Of a stretch of 64,000 nt of DNA, positions 1 to 7,937 are shown one piece after another. The DNA lies in NCBI GenBank assembly GCA_963777645.1, contig CAVZRA010000007.1, forward strand, positions 11,580 through 75,579, given 5' to 3'. Under the pieces are notes generated by a model. That model made no database searches, had not been told where the DNA came from, and saw nothing but the letters and a program-made list of their open reading frames with translations. The stretch is from an uncultured bacterium (GTDB lineage Bacteria; Actinomycetota; Acidimicrobiia; Spongiisociales; UBA5794). A program made the position numbers and the translations under genes. Each line of letters opens with the position of its first letter. Position 1 is the first letter of the stretch.

Positions 1-535
1 AGAAGCTGCCGCTTCCCAGCTCACGGGTCGAGTCGGGGATGGGTCGGAGCTCGCCGCGGCTCAGGGTGAAGCCTGAGATGTTGGCGGTTCCGCCTGCGTT
101 GAGCACGTAGACGCGGTTGGAGTGGATGGCCAGGCTCACTGGCATGGTGCCGCCAGAGTCGACCCTGTCGGAGAGCTCCAGACCATGAGAGGTGACCTGG
201 AAGACGGATATGTCATTGCTACCGGCGTTGACCGCGAGCAGCCACCTTCCATTCTCAGATAGGACGAGCGAGTTCTGCGAGGCGAGCGGATCGACCCCGC
301 CACCCGACCCGATTCCTCCGGTCGGGACTGTGTCTTTCATCTCCAGGGCGCCAGCCGCGTCTCTTGCGAAGACGACCACTGCGTTGCCGGAGGAGTCGTT
401 GGTCATTGTGTAGACCGCGCCGACGGCATGGTGGCTACCTCCATAGCCATTGCTTGCCGACGCCGCAGGAACGGCGAAAGCAAAGCCGACGATCAGAGCG
501 ACCAGGGGAATAGTGGAGCGAAACAGTCTCTTCAT
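1..535 (-). CDS. secreted beta-propeller lactonase-like protein (3' end lies outside the window)
   Basis: Hand-translated on the minus strand. It is absent from the ORF track because it runs off the window edge. ATG at 535-533. N-terminus MKRLFRSTIPLVALIVGFAFAVPAASA looks like a signal peptide. It is followed by VYTMTNDSSGNAVVVF, SNDISVFQV and GGTMPVSLAIHSNRVYVLNAG repeats, typical of lactonase-type propellers. Confidence 0.55.
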   Translation of the reverse strand, partial: MKRLFRSTIPLVALIVGFAFAVPAASASNGYGGSHHAVGAVYTMTNDSSGNAVVVFARDAAGALEMKDTVPTGGIGSGGGVDPLASQNSLVLSENGRWLLAVNAGSNDISVFQVTSHGLELSDRVDSGGTMPVSLAIHSNRVYVLNAGGTANISGFTLSRGELRPIPDSTRELGSGSF

Positions 536-840
536 TGTTGTTTTCCCTTCTGCTGACTGTTGGCTCGAGCTGCGAACGTCGACCGCGCACTTGCTCCTTC
601 TCTCCGAGCCGACGATCGGGGTGTCGTCCCTCGACACCACATGTGCTCGTACCTCAATCAAGGTACGGGGAGCTTCTTGCCGTCTTGTGAACGGACCCTT
701 GCCATTCCGGAAACAGAAGTCGTCAGATAGGTTGACGCGGTGGCGTGACACCGACGTTGAGCCAGGCCCCGGCGCTCCCCCACCAGACCCCCCTGAATTG
801 CGGACGCATAGCGGCCTCAATAACTGCCAGAATCTCACCA

Positions 841-1464
841 ATGGCTGATCAGCATGTGACGATTGGTGCTCCGGTGACAGTGAAGCCCGCCAACGAAGCC
901 GCCTGGGAGGACATTCAAACTGTCTTTGGCACCCGCGGTGACGCGTCCCGCTGCCAGTGCCAGTACTACAAGATCCGGGACAAGGACTGGAAATCCTTTT
1001 CGGTGGCTGAGCGAGCATTTCGACTCCGCCAGCAGAGCGACTGTGGCTATCCGGACGCCGACGCAACCACCGGCCTCGTCGCCTATCTTCGAGACGAGCC
1101 GGTGGGGTGGTGCGCTGTCGAGCCGCGGTCGGCGTATCCCCGGCTCCGCTACATGCGGGTTCCCTGGTCTGGGCGTGACGAGGACATCGACGACGACACG
1201 GTGTGGGCGGTGACCTGCTTTACGGTCCGTGTCGGCTACCGCAGGCAGGGGATCAGCCGGGCGCTGGTCAGAGCCGCCGTGGGATTCGCCAGAGATCGTG
1301 GCGCTCGGGCGATCGAGGGCTATCCCATGACTGTCACCGCGACGAGGGACATCGTTTGGCTGGGGGAGCTGTTCGTTGGTGCGCAGAACATCTTTGCTGA
1401 GGCGGGATTCACCGAAGTCAGCAAACCGACCAAGCGTCGCGTTGTGATGCGAATCGACTTCTGA
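841..1464 (+). CDS. GNAT family N-acetyltransferase
   Basis: In frame with ORF 745..1464. I chose the ATG at 841 (MADQHVTIG). Acetyl-CoA motif VRVGYRRQGISRALVRAAVGFARDRGARAIEGYP. Confidence 0.75.
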   Translation: MADQHVTIGAPVTVKPANEAAWEDIQTVFGTRGDASRCQCQYYKIRDKDWKSFSVAERAFRLRQQSDCGYPDADATTGLVAYLRDEPVGWCAVEPRSAYPRLRYMRVPWSGRDEDIDDDTVWAVTCFTVRVGYRRQGISRALVRAAVGFARDRGARAIEGYPMTVTATRDIVWLGELFVGAQNIFAEAGFTEVSKPTKRRVVMRIDF

Positions 1465-1470
1465 GATACG

Positions 1471-1499
1471 AGAGACCGGCCCTTGGCGGGCCGGTCTCT
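1471..1499. terminator. bidirectional intrinsic-terminator-like hairpin between convergent genes
   Basis: Perfect 12-bp stem agagaccggccc / gggccggtctct with a 5-nt loop (ttggc). It starts 7 nt after the GNAT stop and ends 29 nt before the stop of the minus-strand gene. Confidence 0.6.
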
Positions 1500-1527
1500 G
1501 TGGCGGTCGAGGGGAGGGGATGACCCG

Positions 1528-2052
1528 TTATTGATCGTTGTGACGGTCTACTGAGTCGGCGTCGGAGTCGTTGAGCAGCTTCTGCGCCCGGTCGACCAGG
1601 TCCCGGTCACCGTGGGCGATGAGTAGGTACTTGCCTGCCTTCAGCGATTCTTCGTACTTGGGGATGTGCTGCTTCTTCACAAACGGCCCGGTGGCTGCAC
1701 CGACGAGGGCGCCCAGCGCCGCTCCGCCACCTGCGCCCTCGAGTGTGGCCAGAATCCAGGCTGCGGCGCTACCTGCTGCAAGAACCGGGCCGACACCCGG
1801 CAGGATCAAGAATGCAACGCCTGAGAAGAGCCCGAAAATGCCACCGATCCACGCACCCCATCCTGCGGTTGTCTTGGCGACGTCGGCTGTGGTCACAAAG
1901 CCATGGACTTCGGTCGTGCTCTCGAGGTTCTGGGTGATGATGGACATGTTGTCGACGGGGACCCCCTCGTCGGCGAGTCGACGCAGCGCTGCGTCCACAT
2001 GTTCCATGGACGAGAATGTGGCGACAACTCCTTCGATTGGCTGGTCGCTCAT
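1528..2052 (-). CDS. YflT/general-stress-protein-17M-like membrane protein with glycine-zipper C-terminal part
   Basis: Start trimmed to MSDQPIEGVVATFSSMEHVDAALRRLADEGVP (ATG at 2052). Gly/Ala-rich transmembrane stretch GWGAWIGGIFGLFSGVAFLILPGVGPVLAAGSAAAW. Confidence 0.55.
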   Translation of the reverse strand: MSDQPIEGVVATFSSMEHVDAALRRLADEGVPVDNMSIITQNLESTTEVHGFVTTADVAKTTAGWGAWIGGIFGLFSGVAFLILPGVGPVLAAGSAAAWILATLEGAGGGAALGALVGAATGPFVKKQHIPKYEESLKAGKYLLIAHGDRDLVDRAQKLLNDSDADSVDRHNDQ

Positions 2053-2195
2053 GGTGGGTCCTTTCGGTGTCCTGGTTGCTCTATGACCCCACTGTCGCGC
2101 CTGGCATATGAGAAGAGGATGAGCCACCGCTCGGTGAGGTGTTTCGTCGACATATGTCATATGCTCGGGTGTGAACCAAGACGTGGAGGACGCCG

Positions 2196-2873
2196 GTGCG
2201 GATCCTGGTAGCAGAGGACCAACCAAAGATGGCTTCGTTGTTGAAGCGAGGCCTCGAGTCAGATGGATACGCCGTCGATGTGGCGCCCGATGGCGAAGAG
2301 GCTCTGTGGTATGGGACCGAGTGGGAGTACGACGCGATCATCCTCGATGTCGGTCTGCCACACCGTGACGGTTTCGAGGTGGCGCGGATGCTCCGGGAAC
2401 GAGAGCGGTGGGCCCCCGTCCTCATGCTCACGGTGCGGGACAGTGTGGAGGATCGGGTCGAGGGACTCGATTCGGGTGCCGACGACTACCTGACCAAGCC
2501 ATTCGAATTCGAGGAACTGCTCGCCAGGGTGCGGGCACTGACCCGGCGACGACCGGTGCCGCGGCCGACCGTGATCGAGTGGGACGACCTGCAACTCGAC
2601 CCGGCAACCAAGACGGTGAGCCGTGGCTCCGCTGAGATCGATCTCAGCCCCAAGGAATTCGCACTTCTGGAGCTGTTGATGTCTCGTGGAGAGGTAGTGA
2701 CCAGCCGTACCGAGATCATCGACCACGTGTGGGACTTCGCCTATGACGGCACCTCCAATGTCGTAGATGTCTACGTCCGCTATCTGCGCAACAAGATCGA
2801 CCGTCCCTTCTCGCGAGACACCATCGAGACAGTGCGGGGGCAGGGGTACCGGTTGCGCCACCAAGATGCGTGA
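2196..2873 (+). CDS. OmpR-family response regulator
   Basis: MRILVAEDQPKMASLLKRGLESDGYAVDVAPDGEEAL receiver domain with DVGLPHRDGF. C-terminal winged helix (LSPKEFALLELLM...VETVRGQGYRL). GGAGGA lies upstream of the GTG at 2196. Confidence 0.9.
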   Translation: MRILVAEDQPKMASLLKRGLESDGYAVDVAPDGEEALWYGTEWEYDAIILDVGLPHRDGFEVARMLRERERWAPVLMLTVRDSVEDRVEGLDSGADDYLTKPFEFEELLARVRALTRRRPVPRPTVIEWDDLQLDPATKTVSRGSAEIDLSPKEFALLELLMSRGEVVTSRTEIIDHVWDFAYDGTSNVVDVYVRYLRNKIDRPFSRDTIETVRGQGYRLRHQDA

Positions 2874-4275
2874 TCGACCAATGGCGGGCAGTGCACGACT
2901 CTCATCTCGATTCGGATGGAGAGCGTTCTGGCTGACGCTGATAATCCTGGTGGCCACCACGATCAGCACGGGGCTCTACTGGCGCGGCCGAATCCTCGAC
3001 ACGACGAGCGAGGCGCTCGATGCTCACATCTCGACGGTCGAGACCGCATTGGGGATCGATATCGCCGGTGGCTTCGACCCGTTTGCGGACGGCAGGGTCT
3101 TTCTCCTGGTGACGCCCGAGATCGGTCTCCAAATCTTCTCTGATGCAGGTGAGCCTCTCGCCGTTTCGCAAGATCTCAACGAGGCGCCGCTCATTGCGAT
3201 CGACAATGTTCCGCCAGGCGGTTTCACCGAAGAGCAGACGGACGTCAAAGGGTATGGCAACGCACTCGTGCGCGCTGCGGCGTTCGAGACGACTCAGAAG
3301 ACCTACTTCATCGAGACGGTCGCAAGCCTGAGCGACGTCGATACCGCCTGCGTGGCGATGTGTCTGATCGCCCCCATCGCGTCCATTGGAATTGCGGCTC
3401 TCGTCGCACTTGCGGTCGCCCTGTCGGTTGGCGCGGCCATGGCGCCGGTCAGGAAGATGTCGGAGAGAGCGGCCACGTTGTCCAACCGAGAGCGGCCCGA
3501 ACCGCTCAACGTGCCAGCCGACACAGCCGAGTTGAGGGAGCTCTCCAGTCGTCTGGACCAGCTTCTCGAGCAGATCAGAGTGGCGTTCGATCGGGAGCAG
3601 CAGTTCCTCGACGATGCCAGCCACGAGCTGCGGACCCCGATCGCAATCGCCAGAGCAGAGCTCGACCTGGCGCTTCGTGCCGCTCACGATTCCGACACCG
3701 CGGCGGCGTTGGAATCCTCGCTCGAGGAGCTGCGTAGGCTCGACGGCATGGCGTCGGATCTGCTTATGCTGGCCAGGGAGCGTGCGGCAGGCACTGAGAG
3801 TTATGTACCTGTCGACCTCGGTGATGTCGCCAAGGCGGCGGTTGCCACTGTGCGCAAAGACCCGGGTCAGCGGCCCGTCACCATCGACGTGCACGGTGCC
3901 GGCCGCATCGTCGGTGATCCGGATTCACTGGAACGGGCGCTGGTCAATCTCATCTCGAACTCGGTCCGTCACTGCAAGGGACTGGTTCGTGTCGCAATCA
4001 GCGACGCTGGCGGCGCCATCGAGGTCACCGTCGCAGATGATGGGCCAGGCATCCCGGAACATCTGCTCGAGACGCTCTTTGACAGGTTCACGCGGGGACG
4101 CAGCCGCGGAGCTCGCAGCACCGGTCTGGGTACCGCCATTGCCGCTGAGGTGGTTCGCCACCATGGAGGCACGATTCGTGCAGAGAATCGCCCGGAAGGC
4201 GGTGCCATTGTCACGATGCGGTTCCCGCGAGGGAGTCAGTTTGCGGGGGCTGTCGAGGGCCGGGCAAATCCCTGA
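2866..4275 (+). CDS. membrane sensor histidine kinase, partner of the OmpR-type regulator
   Basis: The ATG at 2866 overlaps the regulator stop (ATGCGTGA). Two TM segments. H-box FLDDASHELRTPIAI. N/G boxes LISNSVRH, DDGPGIP and STGLGTAIA. Confidence 0.9.
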   Translation: MRDRPMAGSARLSSRFGWRAFWLTLIILVATTISTGLYWRGRILDTTSEALDAHISTVETALGIDIAGGFDPFADGRVFLLVTPEIGLQIFSDAGEPLAVSQDLNEAPLIAIDNVPPGGFTEEQTDVKGYGNALVRAAAFETTQKTYFIETVASLSDVDTACVAMCLIAPIASIGIAALVALAVALSVGAAMAPVRKMSERAATLSNRERPEPLNVPADTAELRELSSRLDQLLEQIRVAFDREQQFLDDASHELRTPIAIARAELDLALRAAHDSDTAAALESSLEELRRLDGMASDLLMLARERAAGTESYVPVDLGDVAKAAVATVRKDPGQRPVTIDVHGAGRIVGDPDSLERALVNLISNSVRHCKGLVRVAISDAGGAIEVTVADDGPGIPEHLLETLFDRFTRGRSRGARSTGLGTAIAAEVVRHHGGTIRAENRPEGGAIVTMRFPRGSQFAGAVEGRANP

Positions 4276-4338
4276 GCCCGGCTCGAAATGAGTACTCGTG
4301 GAATTCCCGCAGGAAACGGCTTGCGCCGACACGCGGCA

Positions 4339-5232
4339 TTAGGGCACAACGAAGACCGGGACCGTTGAATGCGTGGCACAGGCACGACCCACCGAGCCAA
4401 AAGTGACCTCGGTTATCGAACCGTGCCCGACCTTGCCCAGCACCAGAGCGAATCCTTCCCTGGCAGCGTGCATGAGACGCTCCGCCGGATGTCCGATGAC
4501 TACATCGCTATCGACAGTACGTCCCGATTCCCTCGCCACCTGGGCGGCGAGCAGGCGCAGCGACTCGAGAGTGTGGCCAACCGGGTTGTCGCTGTCGTCG
4601 TCGGCCAACCGGGGCTTCTCCGCGTATGCCTCGAGGGGAAAGGCACACAAGGCATAAACGGATGTATCTAGCTTGGCAGCCAACTCCGCAGCCCACCGCA
4701 GCGCCCGCAGCGATGATGCCGAACCGTCTACACCAACGATCAGGTCCCTCCCGCGGGCTTCGGTGTCGGCAGAGTCGGGCACGACGGCAACCGGTATCGA
4801 GGATGAGTGCAGCACCTTGGCGGTTGTTGAGCCGAGCACATTGGGTGTCCAGTGTCTGCGTGGGTGGGCGCCGAGAACGAGAAAGGAAGGTTGAATCTCG
4901 CCCGCAAGCAGCAGCAGCCCCTCGGCAGCGTCATCTTCGATCAAACGCGTTTCCTGGACAACGCCGTTGAGATCTCTTGCCCAGTTGGCGACGGTTCGCT
5001 CGACGGTCTTCCTGTATTCCTCGTAGTCGAATGGTGGCAGCGACATCCCGAGCCCCAACCAGGGTGAGCTGGCGTGCGCCAGCACTATCGACTTGCCGAT
5101 CCGCTCCGCCAGCTCCGCCGACCAGGACAGTGCATGTTGTGCGTTCTCCGACGAGTCGACACCGACGAGTAGCGGACCCTCGCCGAGCACTTCGACATGC
5201 TCCACATCTGCGTCTCTTGAGATGTCGTTCAT
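4339..5232 (-). CDS. tandem-domain universal stress protein (UspA family)
   Basis: Two Usp repeats (LLVGVDSSENAQHALSWSAELA... and LIVGVDGSASSLRALRWAAELA..., with GSVGRACATHSTVPVFVVP). GAGGAGAACAAG lies upstream of the ATG. Confidence 0.85.
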   Translation of the reverse strand: MNDISRDADVEHVEVLGEGPLLVGVDSSENAQHALSWSAELAERIGKSIVLAHASSPWLGLGMSLPPFDYEEYRKTVERTVANWARDLNGVVQETRLIEDDAAEGLLLLAGEIQPSFLVLGAHPRRHWTPNVLGSTTAKVLHSSSIPVAVVPDSADTEARGRDLIVGVDGSASSLRALRWAAELAAKLDTSVYALCAFPLEAYAEKPRLADDDSDNPVGHTLESLRLLAAQVARESGRTVDSDVVIGHPAERLMHAAREGFALVLGKVGHGSITEVTFGSVGRACATHSTVPVFVVP

Positions 5233-5304
5233 CTTGTTCTCCTCGATTTGCTGCTACCTCGATCATCTCAGGAGCAACATGAAGAGAAGATGAGTGCTCG
5301 CAGG

Positions 5305-6600
5305 CTATCGACCGCCGGCGAGACGGACGGTACGACGATGTCGCAGCCAGAATGCCTCGGCACCAGTGGCGACGGCGATGACGAGGCCGAGCAGGGCCAC
5401 AGTTATCGGCTGATCGTGCGCCGTGTTGGCCACGAGAACTACGAGAGCGCCTGCACAGCCGGCGACGCCGAGACCGCTGATGAGCCGGCTCGCCTTGATT
5501 CTTCGCCATTCCTTCAATGCCGAGGCGTTGGTGGCCCCAAACACGATCAGGAAGATCGAGCTGGCGAGAGCCGAGATCTCCGTGATGTTGAGAGTGTTGG
5601 CCAGGATGAGTGCCGCGCCCGACGTGATCAGCAGGCCAACCGGCTCCGACCATACGTTGCGCTCGAGCGCCGGCGGGAGCTCACCTTCGCGTGCAATCTG
5701 GTAGCTGAGCCTCGCCGAACCGTAGAGGGTCGCATTGATCGCAGAGAAGGTCGCGAGCACAGCCGAGCTGGCGACGATCAGGAAACCGGCATTGCCGAGC
5801 CCCGGTTTGGCCGCTTCCGCTAGTGCGAAGTCGGCTGCTTGCCTGACTTGATCCGGAGACAGCGAGCCGACGGTGATGGCGGCAATGGCGACATAGAGAA
5901 CCACGACCGAGCCAACCGCGATGTAAAAGGCACGAGGGAGGGTGCGTTCCGGGGCGCGGATGTCCTCTGCAGTGTTTGCGATGAGCTCGAAACCCTCATA
6001 GGCCACGAACACGAGCATTCCTGCTGCGGCGATCGCCGGCACCGACGGCCACGTACTCAATGCAAGTCTGGAGGTATCGACTGTGGTCGTTCCCACGATG
6101 CCAACGAAGAAGAGCATGATCAGCTTGAAGACGACAATTGCCGTCTCGGCCCTGGCCACCATCGCCGCGCTCAACAGGTTCAGTCCGGTGGGGACGAGAA
6201 TCGCGGCACTGATGAGAATGTGGCGCAACCAGGGGGCGACGTCACCACCCGATGCGAAGAACGTAGCCGCGTAACTGGCGAAGGCGACTGCGTATAGCGA
6301 CAGGGTCACGAGATAGCCGAACCACAACAGACTGTTGAGGGCACCGGTGAGAGTGCCGACTCCAAACGCCTTGTCTACGAACACGACACTGCCGCCCCGA
6401 CTTGGGAACGCAACCGAGAGGCGGGCATAGGAAGCGGCAGTCAGCAGTGCAATCGCACCCGCTATCAGGAAAGCAAGCGGAGCACCACCAGCTGCTTTGG
6501 TGGCAACGACACCGAGGACGGCGAATATCCCGCCACCCACCATGCCGCCGATACCGATGGCGACCGCTCCCCAAAGCCCGACTGATCGCTGTTGTGTCAC
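5305..6600 (-). CDS. APC-superfamily amino acid/polyamine permease
   Basis: 431 aa with about 12 predicted TM segments. N-terminus GLWGAVAIGIGGMVGGGIFAVLG is typical of APC permeases. The GTG start overlaps the zwf stop (GTGA). Confidence 0.8.
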   Translation of the reverse strand: MTQQRSVGLWGAVAIGIGGMVGGGIFAVLGVVATKAAGGAPLAFLIAGAIALLTAASYARLSVAFPSRGGSVVFVDKAFGVGTLTGALNSLLWFGYLVTLSLYAVAFASYAATFFASGGDVAPWLRHILISAAILVPTGLNLLSAAMVARAETAIVVFKLIMLFFVGIVGTTTVDTSRLALSTWPSVPAIAAAGMLVFVAYEGFELIANTAEDIRAPERTLPRAFYIAVGSVVVLYVAIAAITVGSLSPDQVRQAADFALAEAAKPGLGNAGFLIVASSAVLATFSAINATLYGSARLSYQIAREGELPPALERNVWSEPVGLLITSGAALILANTLNITEISALASSIFLIVFGATNASALKEWRRIKASRLISGLGVAGCAGALVVLVANTAHDQPITVALLGLVIAVATGAEAFWLRHRRTVRLAGGR

Positions 6601-7937
6601 CCGGGCACTTTATCCGGCCCTGCGCTGCCCGTCGCATACGGGATCGGGTCGGTCGTTGGGTCGGTGATGTCATCGACGATACGCCAGGCTTCCTCGACCG
6701 CGTCCTCGCGGGCGAACTGTGACCTGTCATCCGCCAGCGCGTCGTGGAGCACCCGCTCGTAGGCGAGCGGGATCCGGCCGAACACCTGGTCGTAGTCGAC
6801 GGTCAGGGGAGTCGTGGCGAGATCGAGGCCGTTGCCGGGGAGCTTGGTCTGCAGGACCAGGTCGACACCATCGCTCGGTCCGATACGGAACACAAGACGG
6901 TTCGCCTCGGGTGGCGTCGGGTCGGGGTCGAAGGGGAGCGGGGGGGATGGTAGGAATACGACCTCCGCCTTTGTGATCGTTCGATCGAGCGCCTTCCCTG
7001 CTGTGATCGAGAACGGCACACCGTACCAACGGGGAGTGTTGATGGCAGTCGTGAAGGAAATGAACGTGGCCGTCTTCGAGTCGGCCGCCACGTGCTTGAC
7101 ATCGCGATATCCCTCGTACTGCCCGTAGACGACCTCGTCGGGAGTGACGGCCTTCATGGCCCGCAGCACCTTCACTCGCTCATCGGCGTATGCGTCGGCG
7201 GCCGCTGTCACCGGAGCTTCCATGGCAAGCAACGACACAATCTGCAAGATGTGGTTCTGGACCACGTCCCTGACGACACCGAGCGAGTCGTAGAGCGCGC
7301 CCCGGCCGTCGACACCGAAGGACTCCGCCATGGTGATTTCTACCCGATCGATGTGGTGCCGGCTCCAGATGGCGTCAATGATCGGATTGGCGTACCGGAA
7401 GGTCAGCAGGTTCTCGACAGGCTCCTTGCCGAGAAAGTGATCAATGCGGAAGATCTTCTTCTCATCAATGACGCCGTGGAGGAAAGCGTTGAGCGCTCGT
7501 GCCGATTCCAGGTCGCGGCCAAACGGCTTCTCGACCAGCAACCGTGATCTCTCCAACAGTCCGACGGTGGCGAGGCTCCCGATGACCTTCTCGAAGAACG
7601 AAGGAGGGATGGCCATGTAGTGCAGGCACGCCCCGCTACCAACTGTGGCGGCGAGCCGATCAAATGTCGATCGGTCGTTGTAGTCACCCGAGACGTAGCT
7701 GAGCCGGCCGGTGAGCTGCTGGACAATCCTGCTATCGGGCTCGTCTATGGCTTCACCAATGGCCGCTGTGGCGTGTTTGGCGAGATCCTGATCCGTCCAG
7801 TCTTCGAGGGCGACGCCGATGATCCGCTGCTCGAGGTCGTGTCGCTCTTCCAACCTATAGAGCGCAGGGAAGAGCAGCTTCCTGGCCAGGTCACCGCTGG
7901 CGCCGAACAGCACGATCGTATCGATTGCCCTACTCAT
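6597..7937 (-). CDS. zwf: glucose-6-phosphate 1-dehydrogenase
   Basis: N-terminal dinucleotide motif VLFGASGDLARKLLFPALY. Active-site motif RIDHFLGKE. AGGAGGAA lies upstream of the ATG. The start overlaps the upstream GH15 stop (ATGAGTAG). Confidence 0.9.
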   Translation of the reverse strand: MSRAIDTIVLFGASGDLARKLLFPALYRLEERHDLEQRIIGVALEDWTDQDLAKHATAAIGEAIDEPDSRIVQQLTGRLSYVSGDYNDRSTFDRLAATVGSGACLHYMAIPPSFFEKVIGSLATVGLLERSRLLVEKPFGRDLESARALNAFLHGVIDEKKIFRIDHFLGKEPVENLLTFRYANPIIDAIWSRHHIDRVEITMAESFGVDGRGALYDSLGVVRDVVQNHILQIVSLLAMEAPVTAAADAYADERVKVLRAMKAVTPDEVVYGQYEGYRDVKHVAADSKTATFISFTTAINTPRWYGVPFSITAGKALDRTITKAEVVFLPSPPLPFDPDPTPPEANRLVFRIGPSDGVDLVLQTKLPGNGLDLATTPLTVDYDQVFGRIPLAYERVLHDALADDRSQFAREDAVEEAWRIVDDITDPTTDPIPYATGSAGPDKVPG

